In this document: positions 50,975 through 64,000 of the stretch, in pieces
How the letters are laid out: every line of letters begins with the position of its first letter
Numbering within the stretch: the stretch's first letter is position 1
Assembly: GCF_009914755.1 (NCBI RefSeq)
Contig: NC_060937.1
DNA from: the human T2T-CHM13v2.0 reference genome, Homo sapiens
Reading direction: 5' to 3' (one strand)
DNA length: 64,000 bases
The notes under the pieces: model-generated
Database searches by the model: none
Seen by the model: the letters and a program-made list of their open reading frames with translations, nothing else
What the model was told of the DNA's origin: nothing
Translations under genes and position numbers: made by a program

Positions 50975-52401
50975 TCACCCACGGCCACCATCCCAAATGC
51001 CAACGGTTCCTCTTGGAACCTGGGGGCGCCCATCCTCCTGGTGGCCTGCCCTGTGAGAGAAAAGATTGGCCCTCCTACTGTGCTCCCACTGTCTCATCCT
51101 CCAGGCCCCTAACACAGGCTGCCTGGCTCTGCTCACTCTGCCCAATATCCCAGCCCTCACTGAGCAAGAGGCCACAGTCATGCCAGGAGCCGGGCCACAG
51201 GCTGTCCCTGGGCATACACCAGACATCCCCAGGCACCTCTTCCCACCTCATGGCGCCCCTTGGCACAGTGAAGGGACAAACCACAGCTCAGCTGAGAGAT
51301 GTGCTCCTGCTGTGGGCCTCCATTGGAGAGGGCTCCAGGGCTTTGACTCACCAGAGCTATGACAGCTCCCTGGGTTTTCTCAGTCCTGGGGGCCAACTGA
51401 ACTGTCATCCCCTCAGAGAGGAGGGCCCAGGCAGAGAGGACATGGCCACGGTGGCCTAGCTGGCCAGTAATCAGGCTGGCCTTGTAGAAGGGCTTCCCGG
51501 GTGCTACCCTGATCCCCTCCTTGCTGGCACGAGTCCCCTGAGGGCAGGGCTCAACTCCCATCCTGGGCACTTCCCTCTGCCAGAGTCAAGCTCAGGACTT
51601 CACATTTAGGGAGCAATGGGAAAATCTTACTGAAACCTGGCCAGCCATGACTATGGACCATTTTTCCTTCTCAAACTAGGGCTAGAGTGCAAAGGGTTCT
51701 GGGTAAAAGAGCTCTTGGCTGCTATCAGAACCAAAAAAAGAGCAACTAAGAGCAACTTCTGGTGAAGGACACACTGAGAAAGCAAATCACACATAAATGC
51801 AAATCCTCCTGGAGGCTCCCTCATGCTGCTGGGCAGACTCTGGAAACCTGAACAGGGTGGTGGCTGCCAGGAGCCACCTGCTCTCATTTCTGAGGGTGTA
51901 ACCAGGCAGGACCTAACAGAAGGGGCAGCCCAGGGATGCCACAGTGTGTCCACAGAGGGACAGGACCAAGCCGCAAGCCTGCCTCACAGTCCAGCTGCCA
52001 TGGCCCTGAGGGATCCTAAGGGGACCCAGAGCCCACTCACACCCACTCCTAAGCTCGTGACAGAGCCAGGGCTCCACCTTCCCAATGGAGACAAGTGTGG
52101 AGTGTGGAGCAGGTGTGACTGATACCTGCACAGAGGCCATGCACACTTGCCCCTCTCAACCCACAGCCCAGTGTTCATTCTAAAACAAGGCACAGTCTAA
52201 TCAGAAGGAGAGGCCCAGCCTGTTCAATCTGGTCCTGCATTATACAGATGAGGAAACTGAGGCCCAGGAGGCTGAGTCCCAAGGGGACTTCCTCAGGCCA
52301 CAGGAAGGTGGCACTCACACCCTGACAGCCCTGACCCAGGTCTGGCTGCCCCCACAGCCAAGAGCCTCAGGCTTGGACGCCCACCCTGGAGTGACCAGTA
52401 C

Positions 52402-52508
52402 ATTTGAACGCCTCCAGCAGGTGCTTCCCCAGGTACCAGAAGACAGTTTAGAAGTTGGGAAACTGAGTCAGGCTGCACAATTGCAACCTTCTTTCTACTT
52501 CATATGCT
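52402..52508 (-). pseudogene. PHF2: PHF2-like exon (~exon 9) with premature stop
   Basis: [34 protein letters not shown]; TAA at 52448-52450; cag|..|gtact. Confidence 0.92.
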
Positions 52509-52975
52509 CTGGAAGCCACCAAAGAGCCATTCTCAGTGCACTGACCATCAAGCAGGTGACGATGGGGGTGGATCCAGGCCCCAGACACACCAGCTCAGGC
52601 TTCCCCTCTGGGCCCTGCATAGCTGAGGTGGACCAGCGGACAATCGCCCTGGGTGGCTGCAGGCCTTGATGCCAATGAGAGCTCTGTTGGTGCCTGAGAA
52701 GAGAAGGGAGCAGCCTTTTAAGCAGTCCCAACCTCACCAAGGGCGACTATGACCGTCCAGCAGCCAGGTCCCTAGAGGGGCCGGCCTGCACGATACCAGA
52801 GCCCACCTCCTCCTTCCCTCCACATCAAGAAGAGGCCCACCGAGGCTGATGGTCATGTCCAGGTCACCCACAGGCAGGATGAGCCAGTGCTCGGCCCAAG
52901 GCATCTGGCACCGAACCCGCTAGAGAGAGGATGCTGCTCTGCGGAGCCTGAGGGCAGACGGTGCGGCAGGCACTA

Positions 52976-53065
<90 letters not shown>

Positions 53066-53749
53066 TCAGAGAGAGACACGAGTGTTTGGTGCCCCACCTC
53101 GCTCCCATGAACAGGCTTCTCATGGCTCCAGATCAGAGAGTGGCAGAGACCAGCACAGGCCTTCCCCGGCCCAGCCCAGGCTCCAGCTCCTGCCCGCCTG
53201 TGCCTTGGTGCCCTGTCCACCTCTGCAGCTTCACCAGCAGCCTGGGGCCTCCCTGGGAGAAGCTCTCTGCCCCTGGCACCACCCCAGCTTCCATGGAAGG
53301 GGGTTGGGGTAGAGGCTGCATCTGAGGCGGCACAGACTAGTCAGTCCAGCCCTGCACCACACAGACAGGGAAACTGAGGCCCAGAGCTGAGGAGACTCGC
53401 TCGGGCCACATGAGCGCAGTACTGAGAGAGAGGAAGCCCCAGCCTGTGTCCAGCCACCCGGCCTCCCAACCACACTCAGGGGCAGGAGACAAGGCCGGGG
53501 CAGCTGCATCGCCCCCAGAGCTGGGACTGGACCCCGGGTTATCCTTGGAGACGGAGCCTGGGCCAGATCCTGGGAAATCCACAGCTCTTTCTTAAATAGC
53601 TGTGACGGTGAGGAAGCCGACGGAGAGAGGAGGGACCCAGAGATTACAGAAGATTCTGAGGCTTATAAATCATTAAAATGTGAAGGCCTCAGTTGATACT
53701 TTTTTTTAAATGGAAAAAAAAACCCTATAAAACGATTCAAAACTCTGAA

Positions 53750-53945
53750 CACAACTTAGCTATTTGAGAATACTAGGGAATTGTTAATTGTTCATTTTTT
53801 GAGGTGTGAGAACAGTATTGTAGCTGTGTTACTTTAGAAGGAAAGGCAGCCCTTCAGAAATAGTGGAATATTTAATGAAACAGCGGGATGTCTGGGATTT
53901 GTTCTTCCATCATCTAGGGGCACACAGTGGCTCACGACGGGCTTT
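53750..53945 (+). mobile_element. L1ME-type 3' fragment
   Basis: tactagggaattgttaatt..aggtgtgagaacagtattgtag..gatgtctgggatttg. Confidence 0.55.
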
Positions 53946-54230
53946 CTCCTTCAGCACAGACAGAAAATGTCCTCTAATATTGCCTTAATTAGGAGCTAGC
54001 ACCCTCCTCCCTCACTGGCTCTGATGCCGTGGCTGCCGTCCCCACACAAGGCTCTCTGAGCTGGGTCTCCAGCCATGGGCTCAGTCACAGTGAGCCCAGC
54101 CAGGCTGTGAAAGGGGCTGACTGGCTGTGCAGCTCCAAGGTGGCCTCGGTGGTGAGGAGTGCCCATGCTGACCAGACAGCACAAGCTCCATTGCTGGCCC
54201 CTCTGCAGGGACTGGGCTGGGGTGGCGTTA

Positions 54231-54599
<369 letters not shown>

Positions 54600-55277
54600 T
54601 TAATGTGAGAAGTATGCCATCCAGTTCCACAAATCCTGCCTGCAACACTGAGAGCACAAGTGCTTTGCAATTCAGAAGTGTGCATGTTAGGAAGGTTCTG
54701 GGTATCAGGCACAGTCAAGAGCTAAAGCCCGTAAATCCCACATTACATAGTTTTGAGGCACTACAAACGGTGTGGGTGCCCAGGTTGCAAATAAAGCTGC
54801 AACTGGTTGTCAGAAGCATTCCAGGTAGCTCCACTCTTGAGAGCCACTTGGATCCCAGGCTGGGTCAAATGATGCCACTGTGTCCCAGGCAGTCTTATGC
54901 CAGGCCCCAGGAGGGGTTCTGCACTGGGAGCAGCGAGACCCCTGTCCTACTGTAGTGAAGCCAAGGCAGGTTCCAAGAATGCCCCAGTGACTTGCTCAAG
55001 GCCTCCCAAAGGTGGGATCAGCACATGCACCTGCCCCCCAGCTCCAGCTCCAGCTCCAGCAGGTCTGGAGAAGCTCAATGAGCAGCTGGGGGAGCCCACA
55101 GCTTAGGGTTTCCTTTGTTTCTGTTGCTATTTATGTCTCATTTTTTTTCTGGCTTCCCTCTCTCGGCCTTGATGATGAGATTCCTAGCCTTCCCTGCCTG
55201 CTCAAGATGCCCCTATCCTACCTGCTGGCTCCTGTGCGGGGCCCTGGCTATTGTTGGCCTCTTCCAGGATGTCTTCA

Positions 55278-55919
<642 letters not shown>

Positions 55920-56371
55920 TCACAGAGAAGCACACAGGATCACAGAGGGCAGAACGAGCCCAGGCGCTGGCTGTGGCCCTGGCAGAAGACTGGATCTGAT
56001 GCTGGCCTCCACCCCCAGATGATGATGAGAAGACCCCAAAACCATCCACCCCTGAGAGGGAAACTCCTGGGAACTGGAAAGCGAGTCTTTCTGGATTGGC
56101 CACCTGCATATGGCTGTGGCGCGCCGGGCTGGAGCACAGATATCATTTCTCACACTCAGCCCAGGTGCCTCTGGTGTCACCTGGACAACAGCCACTGCTC
56201 TTCAGAGCTGACAACAGGGCACCCGCGACACCTGGACACATCAGGTCACTGTCAAATCCAGCCAACTCATATCCAGCGAAGATAGGGAAATGCAAAGGCA
56301 GCCTTCGAGTCAATGAAATGTCACCGTCCTGGATAAAATGCACTACATTTCATCAAAAACGTCAAACTAGA

Positions 56372-56405
56372 CCAGGTACAGTGGCTCACGTCCGTAATGT
56401 CAGTA
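56372..56405 (+). mobile_element. Alu 5' stub (~34 bp)
   Basis: ccaggtacagtggctcacgtccgtaatgtcagta resembles GCCGGGCGCGGTGGCTCACGCCTGTAATCCCAGCA. Confidence 0.6.
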
Positions 56406-56489
56406 TTAAAATTTATATGTAAAACACACATAATATACATAATCCATCCATTTTTTCTTTTTCTTACTCAAAGAACTCATACTGAAACA

Positions 56490-57400
56490 CACTCTTCTCC
56501 ACTGTTTTTTACTTGAAAATACATCCCAGAGATGTTTCTCTACCAGTTTGTTAAGACCTATCTCCCTCTTCTTAAAGGCTATACAGTATTCCATCACAAG
56601 ATATTCCATACTTTTTTTTAAACCAATCCATTTGCCAGATATTTAATGTCCTTTGTTTAGAAATAACGCTTTAGTGTCTCCGTGTAGATATTTTGTGGTG
56701 TTTTTGAGGCATATCTGCGAATTCCTACAGGTGAAATGCTATGTAAAAGAATATATGTATTTAAATGTTTCATACTTATTACCAAATTGCCTTCCGAAAA
56801 GTTCCACAAATTTGTATTCCATGAAGAATGGTGGTATAATTCTTTGCCAGGGATTTGTGTTCTCAAACTTGCATTTTTGCCAAATTGATAGTTGACTTTT
56901 AATAGGACACTGATGTTTTACATTGCTTATTTTCCTATTTGTTCAGGTCTTCTTTATGGGTTTGTACGTAGTCAACCTTACTAATCTTTTCCTTTATGGC
57001 TTCTGGTCTTCATCTTTGTTTTAGAAAGTTTGCCCACTTTGGTATACTAAGTTCACTAATGTTCTCTTCTATAACTTCTATGCTTTTGTTACTTTGCAGT
57101 CTTTGATCCATGTGGAATTTATTTAGGTTTATTGATGTCACTTTCTTTTTTCCCAACTGTTTAGCCAGGTGTTCTACACTATTTATGAAGGCAGTCATCT
57201 ATTCTTTCCTGACTCGATACACTATCTTTATGTTTACATCTATTTCTGGGTTCTTTCTGGATTCTCCCCATGTCTCTAGTTCTTGAAATACCAAATTTCT
57301 TTAATTATTGCTTCTTAATCTATTTTGATAATCTGATAGACACAATGTATTCCATTACTCTTCCCTATATCCTCCTTGTAACTTCCTACATATTTCGTAT
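56490..57400 (-). mobile_element. Old L1ME-type antisense fragments
   Basis: ggctatacagtattccat..ccaaattgccttccgaaaagttccacaaatttgtattcc..ctttgatccatgtggaatttattt. Confidence 0.65.
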
Positions 57401-58065
57401 TTATGTTAGAATAATTACCAGTATTATTTTCTTAATTTTCTCTATCAAAAGGAAATGACTCTGATGGAATGCTGTAAGTATTCTGTATGCTGTATGCTCT
57501 ATATTTTTAATAGATACCCCTTATTGGTTTCAGAAACTGTAGTTCCCTATAAAGCTGAATCTCCAGGCAGTAAGCAAGCAGGACTTTTTATTTCCTCTTC
57601 TGAAATTTGCTTTAGCCTTTGGATTCAAGCAGAGATGTACAGAGCCTACTAATCTCCCACCTTTTACAGAGCACATTTAGTCTGTATCACTACGCAGTAG
57701 CCCAATTCCAAGTTGCCACTCCCTGTTTCTGGACAGAGATTCTGGCAGGTCTGTGGCTTGTGTCACGTGTGACTTTGTATTTCTGTTCCATTTCTGGTCC
57801 ATAGGGAAACCTGTGATGCTTTTGAGTCCAATTTGCCACGCCCTCTTGACAGTCCGTGTGTATTTCCCTCTTAGGTTTTTAAAAGGAGATTCTCAGAATC
57901 TAAAAGTATAATTATCATTTAATGAAGCTTTGGGTGGTCATGATCACTGGGGCTCGGGGACAAGATCATATGGTCATCTTTCACTAGGAGACTTTTCGGA
58001 GGTTTGTTTTTATATCTGGCAACTCCAATATGTTAAAATCCCCTTGCATAGCCAAGACTTCCACT

Positions 58066-58415
58066 ATATTCCTTCAGAGATATTCTGAGTTCGATTCCAG
58101 GCTGCCTCAATAAAGTGAGTAGCACAATAAAGTGAGTCACACAAATTTTTTGGTTTTCCACTGCATATAAAAGTTACGTTTACACTATCCTTCAGTCTAT
58201 TGAGTGTGCAATATCATTATGTTTAAAAACCTAATTTAAAATACTTTATTGCTAACAAATGCTGACACAGAGACATGAAATGAGCACATACTGTTGGAAA
58301 AAACGGCGCCAATACACGTGCTTGATGCAGGTTTGCCACAGATCTTCAATTTGTAAAAAAAAATGCAGTATCTGTAAAGTGCTGTAGAGTGAAGCACAAT
58401 GAAAGAAGGTATCCT
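58066..58415 (-). mobile_element. Tigger1 internally deleted derivative
   Basis: Both Tigger1 termini are present (gagatattctgagttcgattccag..caataaagtgagtcacac; tgctgacacagagacatgaaatgagcacatactgttggaaaa..gaaggtatcctg), joined at aaatgct. Confidence 0.85.
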
Positions 58416-58704
58416 GATATATGTTTTTGCTTAGCAATATAGTGAGACTTTTGGGCATTAGTCTATAGGCAATATCCTTTGCTTCACACCTAACTCTAAA
58501 ATTAGGGGCAAAGAGTGATGAGTGGGGATAGGAAAAGATGACATTGGGAACATATTAGATGATGAAGTGTCCGTGCTCAATTTTAAAAACTCTTATCATT
58601 TTTCCTAGACAGCAGATTGTATAATATGAATTCTCTGATCTAGTTGGTTGTGCTGTTTGATTTAGAAAATTGGGCACTGGAGGGGTAACTGTCTATCAAT
58701 GGCA

Positions 58705-59051
58705 GTTTTGTTTGTTTTTTGACAGAGTCTAGCTCTGTCACCCAGGCTGGAATGTAGTGGTGCGATCTTGGCTTTCTGAAACCCCCACCTCCTGGTCTCA
58801 AGCGATTCTCATGCCTCACCATTCCAAGTAGCTGGGGTTATGGGCATGCTCCACCAAGGCTGGCTAATTTGGTGTTTTTTTGTTTGTTTGTTTTTTGTTT
58901 TGACATGTGGTTTCGCCATTTTGCCCAGGGTGGTCTCGAACGCCTGGCTTCAAGTAATCTATGTATTTTTGATAGATACCCTTTATTGGTTTAAGCATAT
59001 TTTGGCTTCCCAAAGTGCTGGGATTACAGGCGTGAGCCAACGCACCCAGCC
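58705..59051 (-). mobile_element. Alu (J/S-like) carrying a ~40-bp non-Alu insert
   Basis: Antisense dimer; insert at 58961-59000. Confidence 0.9.
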
Positions 59052-60292
59052 TCAGTGGCTGTATTTCTTACATTATTGTTACATGGTACAGGTTTTCATA
59101 ATATTGAAAACAATAAAATGTAAAAATAAATATAATCCCCGATTTCTTTGGTTCTTTTAAAAATATTTTCTTTTTTAGTATATGTGTTTAAAGTGTAGAA
59201 GACAATGTTTTAATATATACAGTGTAATGGTGTTTGGGGTCTTAAATGTGAAGTAATCTTTTCATATTTCTGTGTGGTTATTTTCTTATTTTTTTCAAAG
59301 GTAGAAAATACTTTCATATTCTCACAGGGGAACCACTTAAGAAAAATGTCAAATTTTCCATGAATGTGAGAAATCTTCAATTACATGAGGGGAAAGGATG
59401 CTTTTGGGATGGGACGAACACCATACGGGCTAAGTCAAGGCCATTTCAGAAACTGTGACGTCCTTTAAACTATTCTCTGCCATGTTCCTTTCTACCTTCC
59501 AAGGTTTAGGAGGAATTTCTGCCCATTAGAACAGGTCAGAGATTTACAAAGTGCCAAGATTTCTAAAGGAGAGATTCTATAGAGACTGAGAAACTGGTTA
59601 ACTTATGTAACGCATTTTTGGGTATCCTGAATTATTTTCATTAAATGTACTGGTAAGATTCTTAAGATGAGGAATTATGCGTCACACTTTTAAAAATGTT
59701 CTCAAAAGAACTTGCTAAGCGCTTGACAAACACTTGCTACGTTAACTTACAAAACACTGTTGGCACCATCTCAGCATTTTAATCATGACAAATCTCAGGA
59801 CTGACAAACTGCATGTTGATGTCCTTGTTTTCTATCGAATGAAAATATTTAATTTTTGGAATGAATTGAAAGTCAACCCGGATTTACTGAATACCAACCT
59901 TGCCTAAGATGACAAATCATTCTTGAGAGCAGCACTGTGTCTGTGTCTCCAGAACCCCAGAGCAGGGCCAGGCTCTCTGGATTTTAGCTCTAGGTGTCCT
60001 CCCATTTGTCTTTCTTACCGGGTAAATGAAATCTTTATTAAAATCCAAAAGTATAATACAATACTGTTTATTCTTAGAAGCTACCATTTACAGAGGAGAA
60101 TAATGCCCTAAATTATAGATAAATTGAATTCTAATGACCTTGTTCGCTTTCTAGTTGTCACCCAATGTAAGCATTTCTGTCTGCAGGTCACCAGTGTGCC
60201 TAATAAAGCACGAAAAGCCACCACTGATGATTTTCTGATTCACTCATCTTTGAATTCATCTGTCTTGCTTAGAGTGGAAAGGAAAATGTCTC

Positions 60293-60688
60293 TATATTAG
60301 TCCATTCTCGCATTGCTATAAAGAAATACCTGAGACTGAGCAATTTATAAAGAAAAGAGGTTTAATTGGCTCATGGCTCTGCAGGCTATACAGGAAGTAG
60401 AGAGGCTTTGGCTTCTGCAAAGGCCTCAGGAAGCTTCCAATCATGGCGGAAGGCAAAGTGGGAAGCAAGGCCTCTTACATGTCAGGAGCAGCAGAAAGAG
60501 AGCGAGGGGAGGTGCTGCACACTTTTAAACAACCAGATTTCTCAAGAATTCACTTACTATTGCAATGACATTACCGGAGGGATTATCTGCCCCCATGATC
60601 CAATCACGTCTCACCAGGCCTCACCTCGAAAACTGGGGATTAAAATTTGACATGAGATTTGGTGGGGACATAGATCCAAACCATATCA
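60293..60688 (-). mobile_element. MSTA-like MaLR solo LTR
   Basis: tatattagtccattctcgcattgctataaag..ccaaaccatatca; 5-bp TSD gtctc on both sides. Confidence 0.92.
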
Positions 60689-61594
60689 GTCTCTTTAAAT
60701 TTCTGTGTCCAAAAGGGAACATTCTTGGGTACTTTATTCTATTCCATTAATTTGGTAAATGATTATTTAAACCCAAGGAAGAAGCTTCTTGAATGAAATA
60801 ATTGTAAAAATACAGATCTTGATACTCTACTAGGTTAAAGCAAGGTTTTTGTTATTGTTGTTGTAGCAAATCTCTTATTAAGCAACTTTAGCATTATAGT
60901 CTCAGTAAAAAATAGTGAGTCCATCCCAGCATGCATGTTTTTGGTAAAGTGATCGTAACAGTGGAGTTAAGAAAGTTGTGATTGCTTTCTTAGAGAACAC
61001 GTTCAAGTAACTGTCACCTGTCTTCTGTTTTATTCTACCACTAAGTGGGGGCATCCCCATACTTCTCAGTTGAATGTAACACAACTTCCTTTACCATCTT
61101 CAACTTCCTGTCTATGCATTCCTTTCATAATCTTTACAAATTACGATGCTAATCATCTTACAGATTTTTTCACTCACCTTAGAGTTATTATTATTCCTCT
61201 TGCACAAATTTTAAGGACAGAAGTTTTGACCCCAATGATCCCATCAAGATGTTGGGTTTTCCCTCCAAGAAGTTTTCAGAAAACTGACTCCTAGATAGTG
61301 ATCAGGTTTTTGTTAAAAAGTATCCAAAAGATGAATGTATGTGTCTTAAATAAGCTTATTGGGTATTTTATTTTACTAGGAGTCAGAAGTATAAAATGTT
61401 TTACATTTTATCACATATTAGGGATCTGAAAGTGATATACTCTCTTATGGTTATAAAGAAAAAAAGAATGAGCTCACATTCAATGAAAGATTGTGTCTTT
61501 TATATTGAGAAAATAATTTGAAGACAAAGGTAATGAGGAACCCAGTGCAAACTGCTAGTGGACTCTCAAAGGTGTCAGTACTGAGTGATTCTTA

Positions 61595-62231
<637 letters not shown>

Positions 62232-62574
62232 TTGAATGACTGTTTTGTCTGTACATTTCTCATGTCTTACATGGCATTGTAAAGGCAATCAAATCTTTTC
62301 ATTCATGTGGTTTTGGACCTTTTCAATAATGGTATTATTCTTTGTACTTAGAAGCTTGGCAAGCACTAGAACCCATCTCTCAAGCAAAACAGGCTGAAGA
62401 CATCAGGACATACAGCAGCTGCAGCTTGAGGGAGGTTGCATGAAATATTAATCCTGCTTCTCTCAGAACAGAGTCCTGCAGCAGAGCCAATGAAGCAATC
62501 ACTAGCTCCATAAATAAGACACTGCAATAAATTTAAAAATACCTAAGATGTTTTTGTAGTCTGTGATAACAACT

Positions 62575-64000
62575 ATGCATGGTAGAAAGGCTAGTGAAAA
62601 ACAGCTACATAGACCAATGTAACACAATAGAGAGCCCAGAAATTAACCCATCATATATGGTCAACTAAATTTCAATAAGGATACCAAGAATACACAGTGG
62701 GAAAATGACAGTCTCTTCAATAAATGATGTTGGGAAAACTGGATATCCACACACAAAAGAATGAAATTGGACAGCTGTTGTACACCATACCCAAAAATCA
62801 ACTCAAAATGGATTAAAAACTTAAATGTAAGACTTGAAACCATAAAACTCTTAGAAGAGAACATAGGGGAAAAGATCCTTGATACCGGATACAACACCAA
62901 GCAAAAATAAACAAGTGGGACTATATCAAACTAAAATGCTTCTGCACAGTAAACAATCAATAAAATGAAAAGATAACCTATAGAATGGGAGAAAATATTT
63001 GCAAACCATATTATCTGGTAAGAGTTTAATATCCAAAATTCCTAAAAGACTCATACAACTGAACAGCAGAAAAACCCACAAATAACCTGAATGAAAAAAT
63101 GGGCAAAGGACCTAAATAGACATTTCTCCAAAGGAGACATACAAATGACTGACAGACATAGGAAAATGTGCTTACCATCACTAATCACCAGGGAAATGCA
63201 AATCAAATACACAATGAGGGTGGCTCATATTTTTTAAAAAAGATAACTGTTGGTGATGATGTGGAAAAAAGGAAAACTTTGTATATTACTGGTGGGAATA
63301 TAAATTGTTACAGCCATTATAGAAAATAGTATACAGGTTCCTCAAAAAATTAAACATAAAACTGCCATGTGGTCCAGCAATCCCACTATTGGGTACATAT
63401 CCAAAGGAAACGAAATCAATATGCTGAGGAGATATTTGTACTCTCATGTTTACTGCAGCATTCTCAGCAGCCAACATATGGAAACAACCTACGTGTTGAT
63501 TGATAAATGAACGAATGAAGAAATTGTGGTGTATACACACAATGGAATATTATTCAGCCCCCAAAAAAGGGAAACCCTGCCATTTGTGACATGGATGAAC
63601 CCAAAGGACATTATGTTAAGTGAAATAAGCCAGATACAGGTAGACAAACACTGTATGATTTTACATATATGTGAAATCTAAAACAGTGAAGCAGAGAGTA
63701 GCATGGTGGTTGTCAGGGGCTGGGGGAAGGGGGAGATTGGAAAGTGATGGTTACAGGGTACAAAGTTTCATCATAGTGCCTATAGCTAACCATACTGTAC
63801 TGTGTACTTAAAATTGCTAAGAGGGTAGATCTTCTGTTAAGACCTCTTATCAAAACAACAATCATAATAAAAGGGGTGGGAGGAAACTTTGAGATGTGAC
63901 AGGTATGTTTATGACCTTGATGATGGTGATGGTTTCATGGATGTTTATCCCCAAACTGATCAAGATGTATACATTAAATATGTACAACTTTTTAGATGTC
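62575..64000 (+). mobile_element. L1MA/MB-type ORF2 3' end and 3'UTR (runs off the window)
   Basis: catagaccaatgtaacacaatagagagcccagaaat..aaattgctaagagggtagatctt..gatggtttcatgg. Confidence 0.88.

Overview
Primate (human-like) genomic DNA with a mosaic, pericentromeric segmental-duplication architecture. I found no intact protein-coding gene. The window has five blocks: (1) 1-33640, AT-rich and repeat-dense (L1, Alu, LTR6, MST, MLT2, L2, L3, MER58, Tigger); (2) 33641-35572, a GC-rich ~215-bp gamma-satellite array of ~9 units fused to a truncated Alu; (3) 35700-37170, an AT-rich spacer with a 35-nt U2 snRNA retrocopy; (4) ~37172-56400, a GC-rich unprocessed (intron-containing) partial pseudogene of the JmjC demethylase gene PHF2 on the minus strand, with 13 exons (about PHF2 exons 6-18), stops, frameshifts and lost splice acceptors, truncated at both ends; (5) 56400-64000, AT-rich repeats. 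Almost all ORFs in the supplied track are artefacts of repeats or GC-rich introns. I found no convincing new biological system. The notable signals are mechanistic footprints (twin-primed L1s, duplication junctions, a templated insertion, an intra-gene duplicate) and possibly co-duplicated regulatory elements. Repeat subfamily names and PHF2 exon numbers come from recalled consensus sequences, not from a search.
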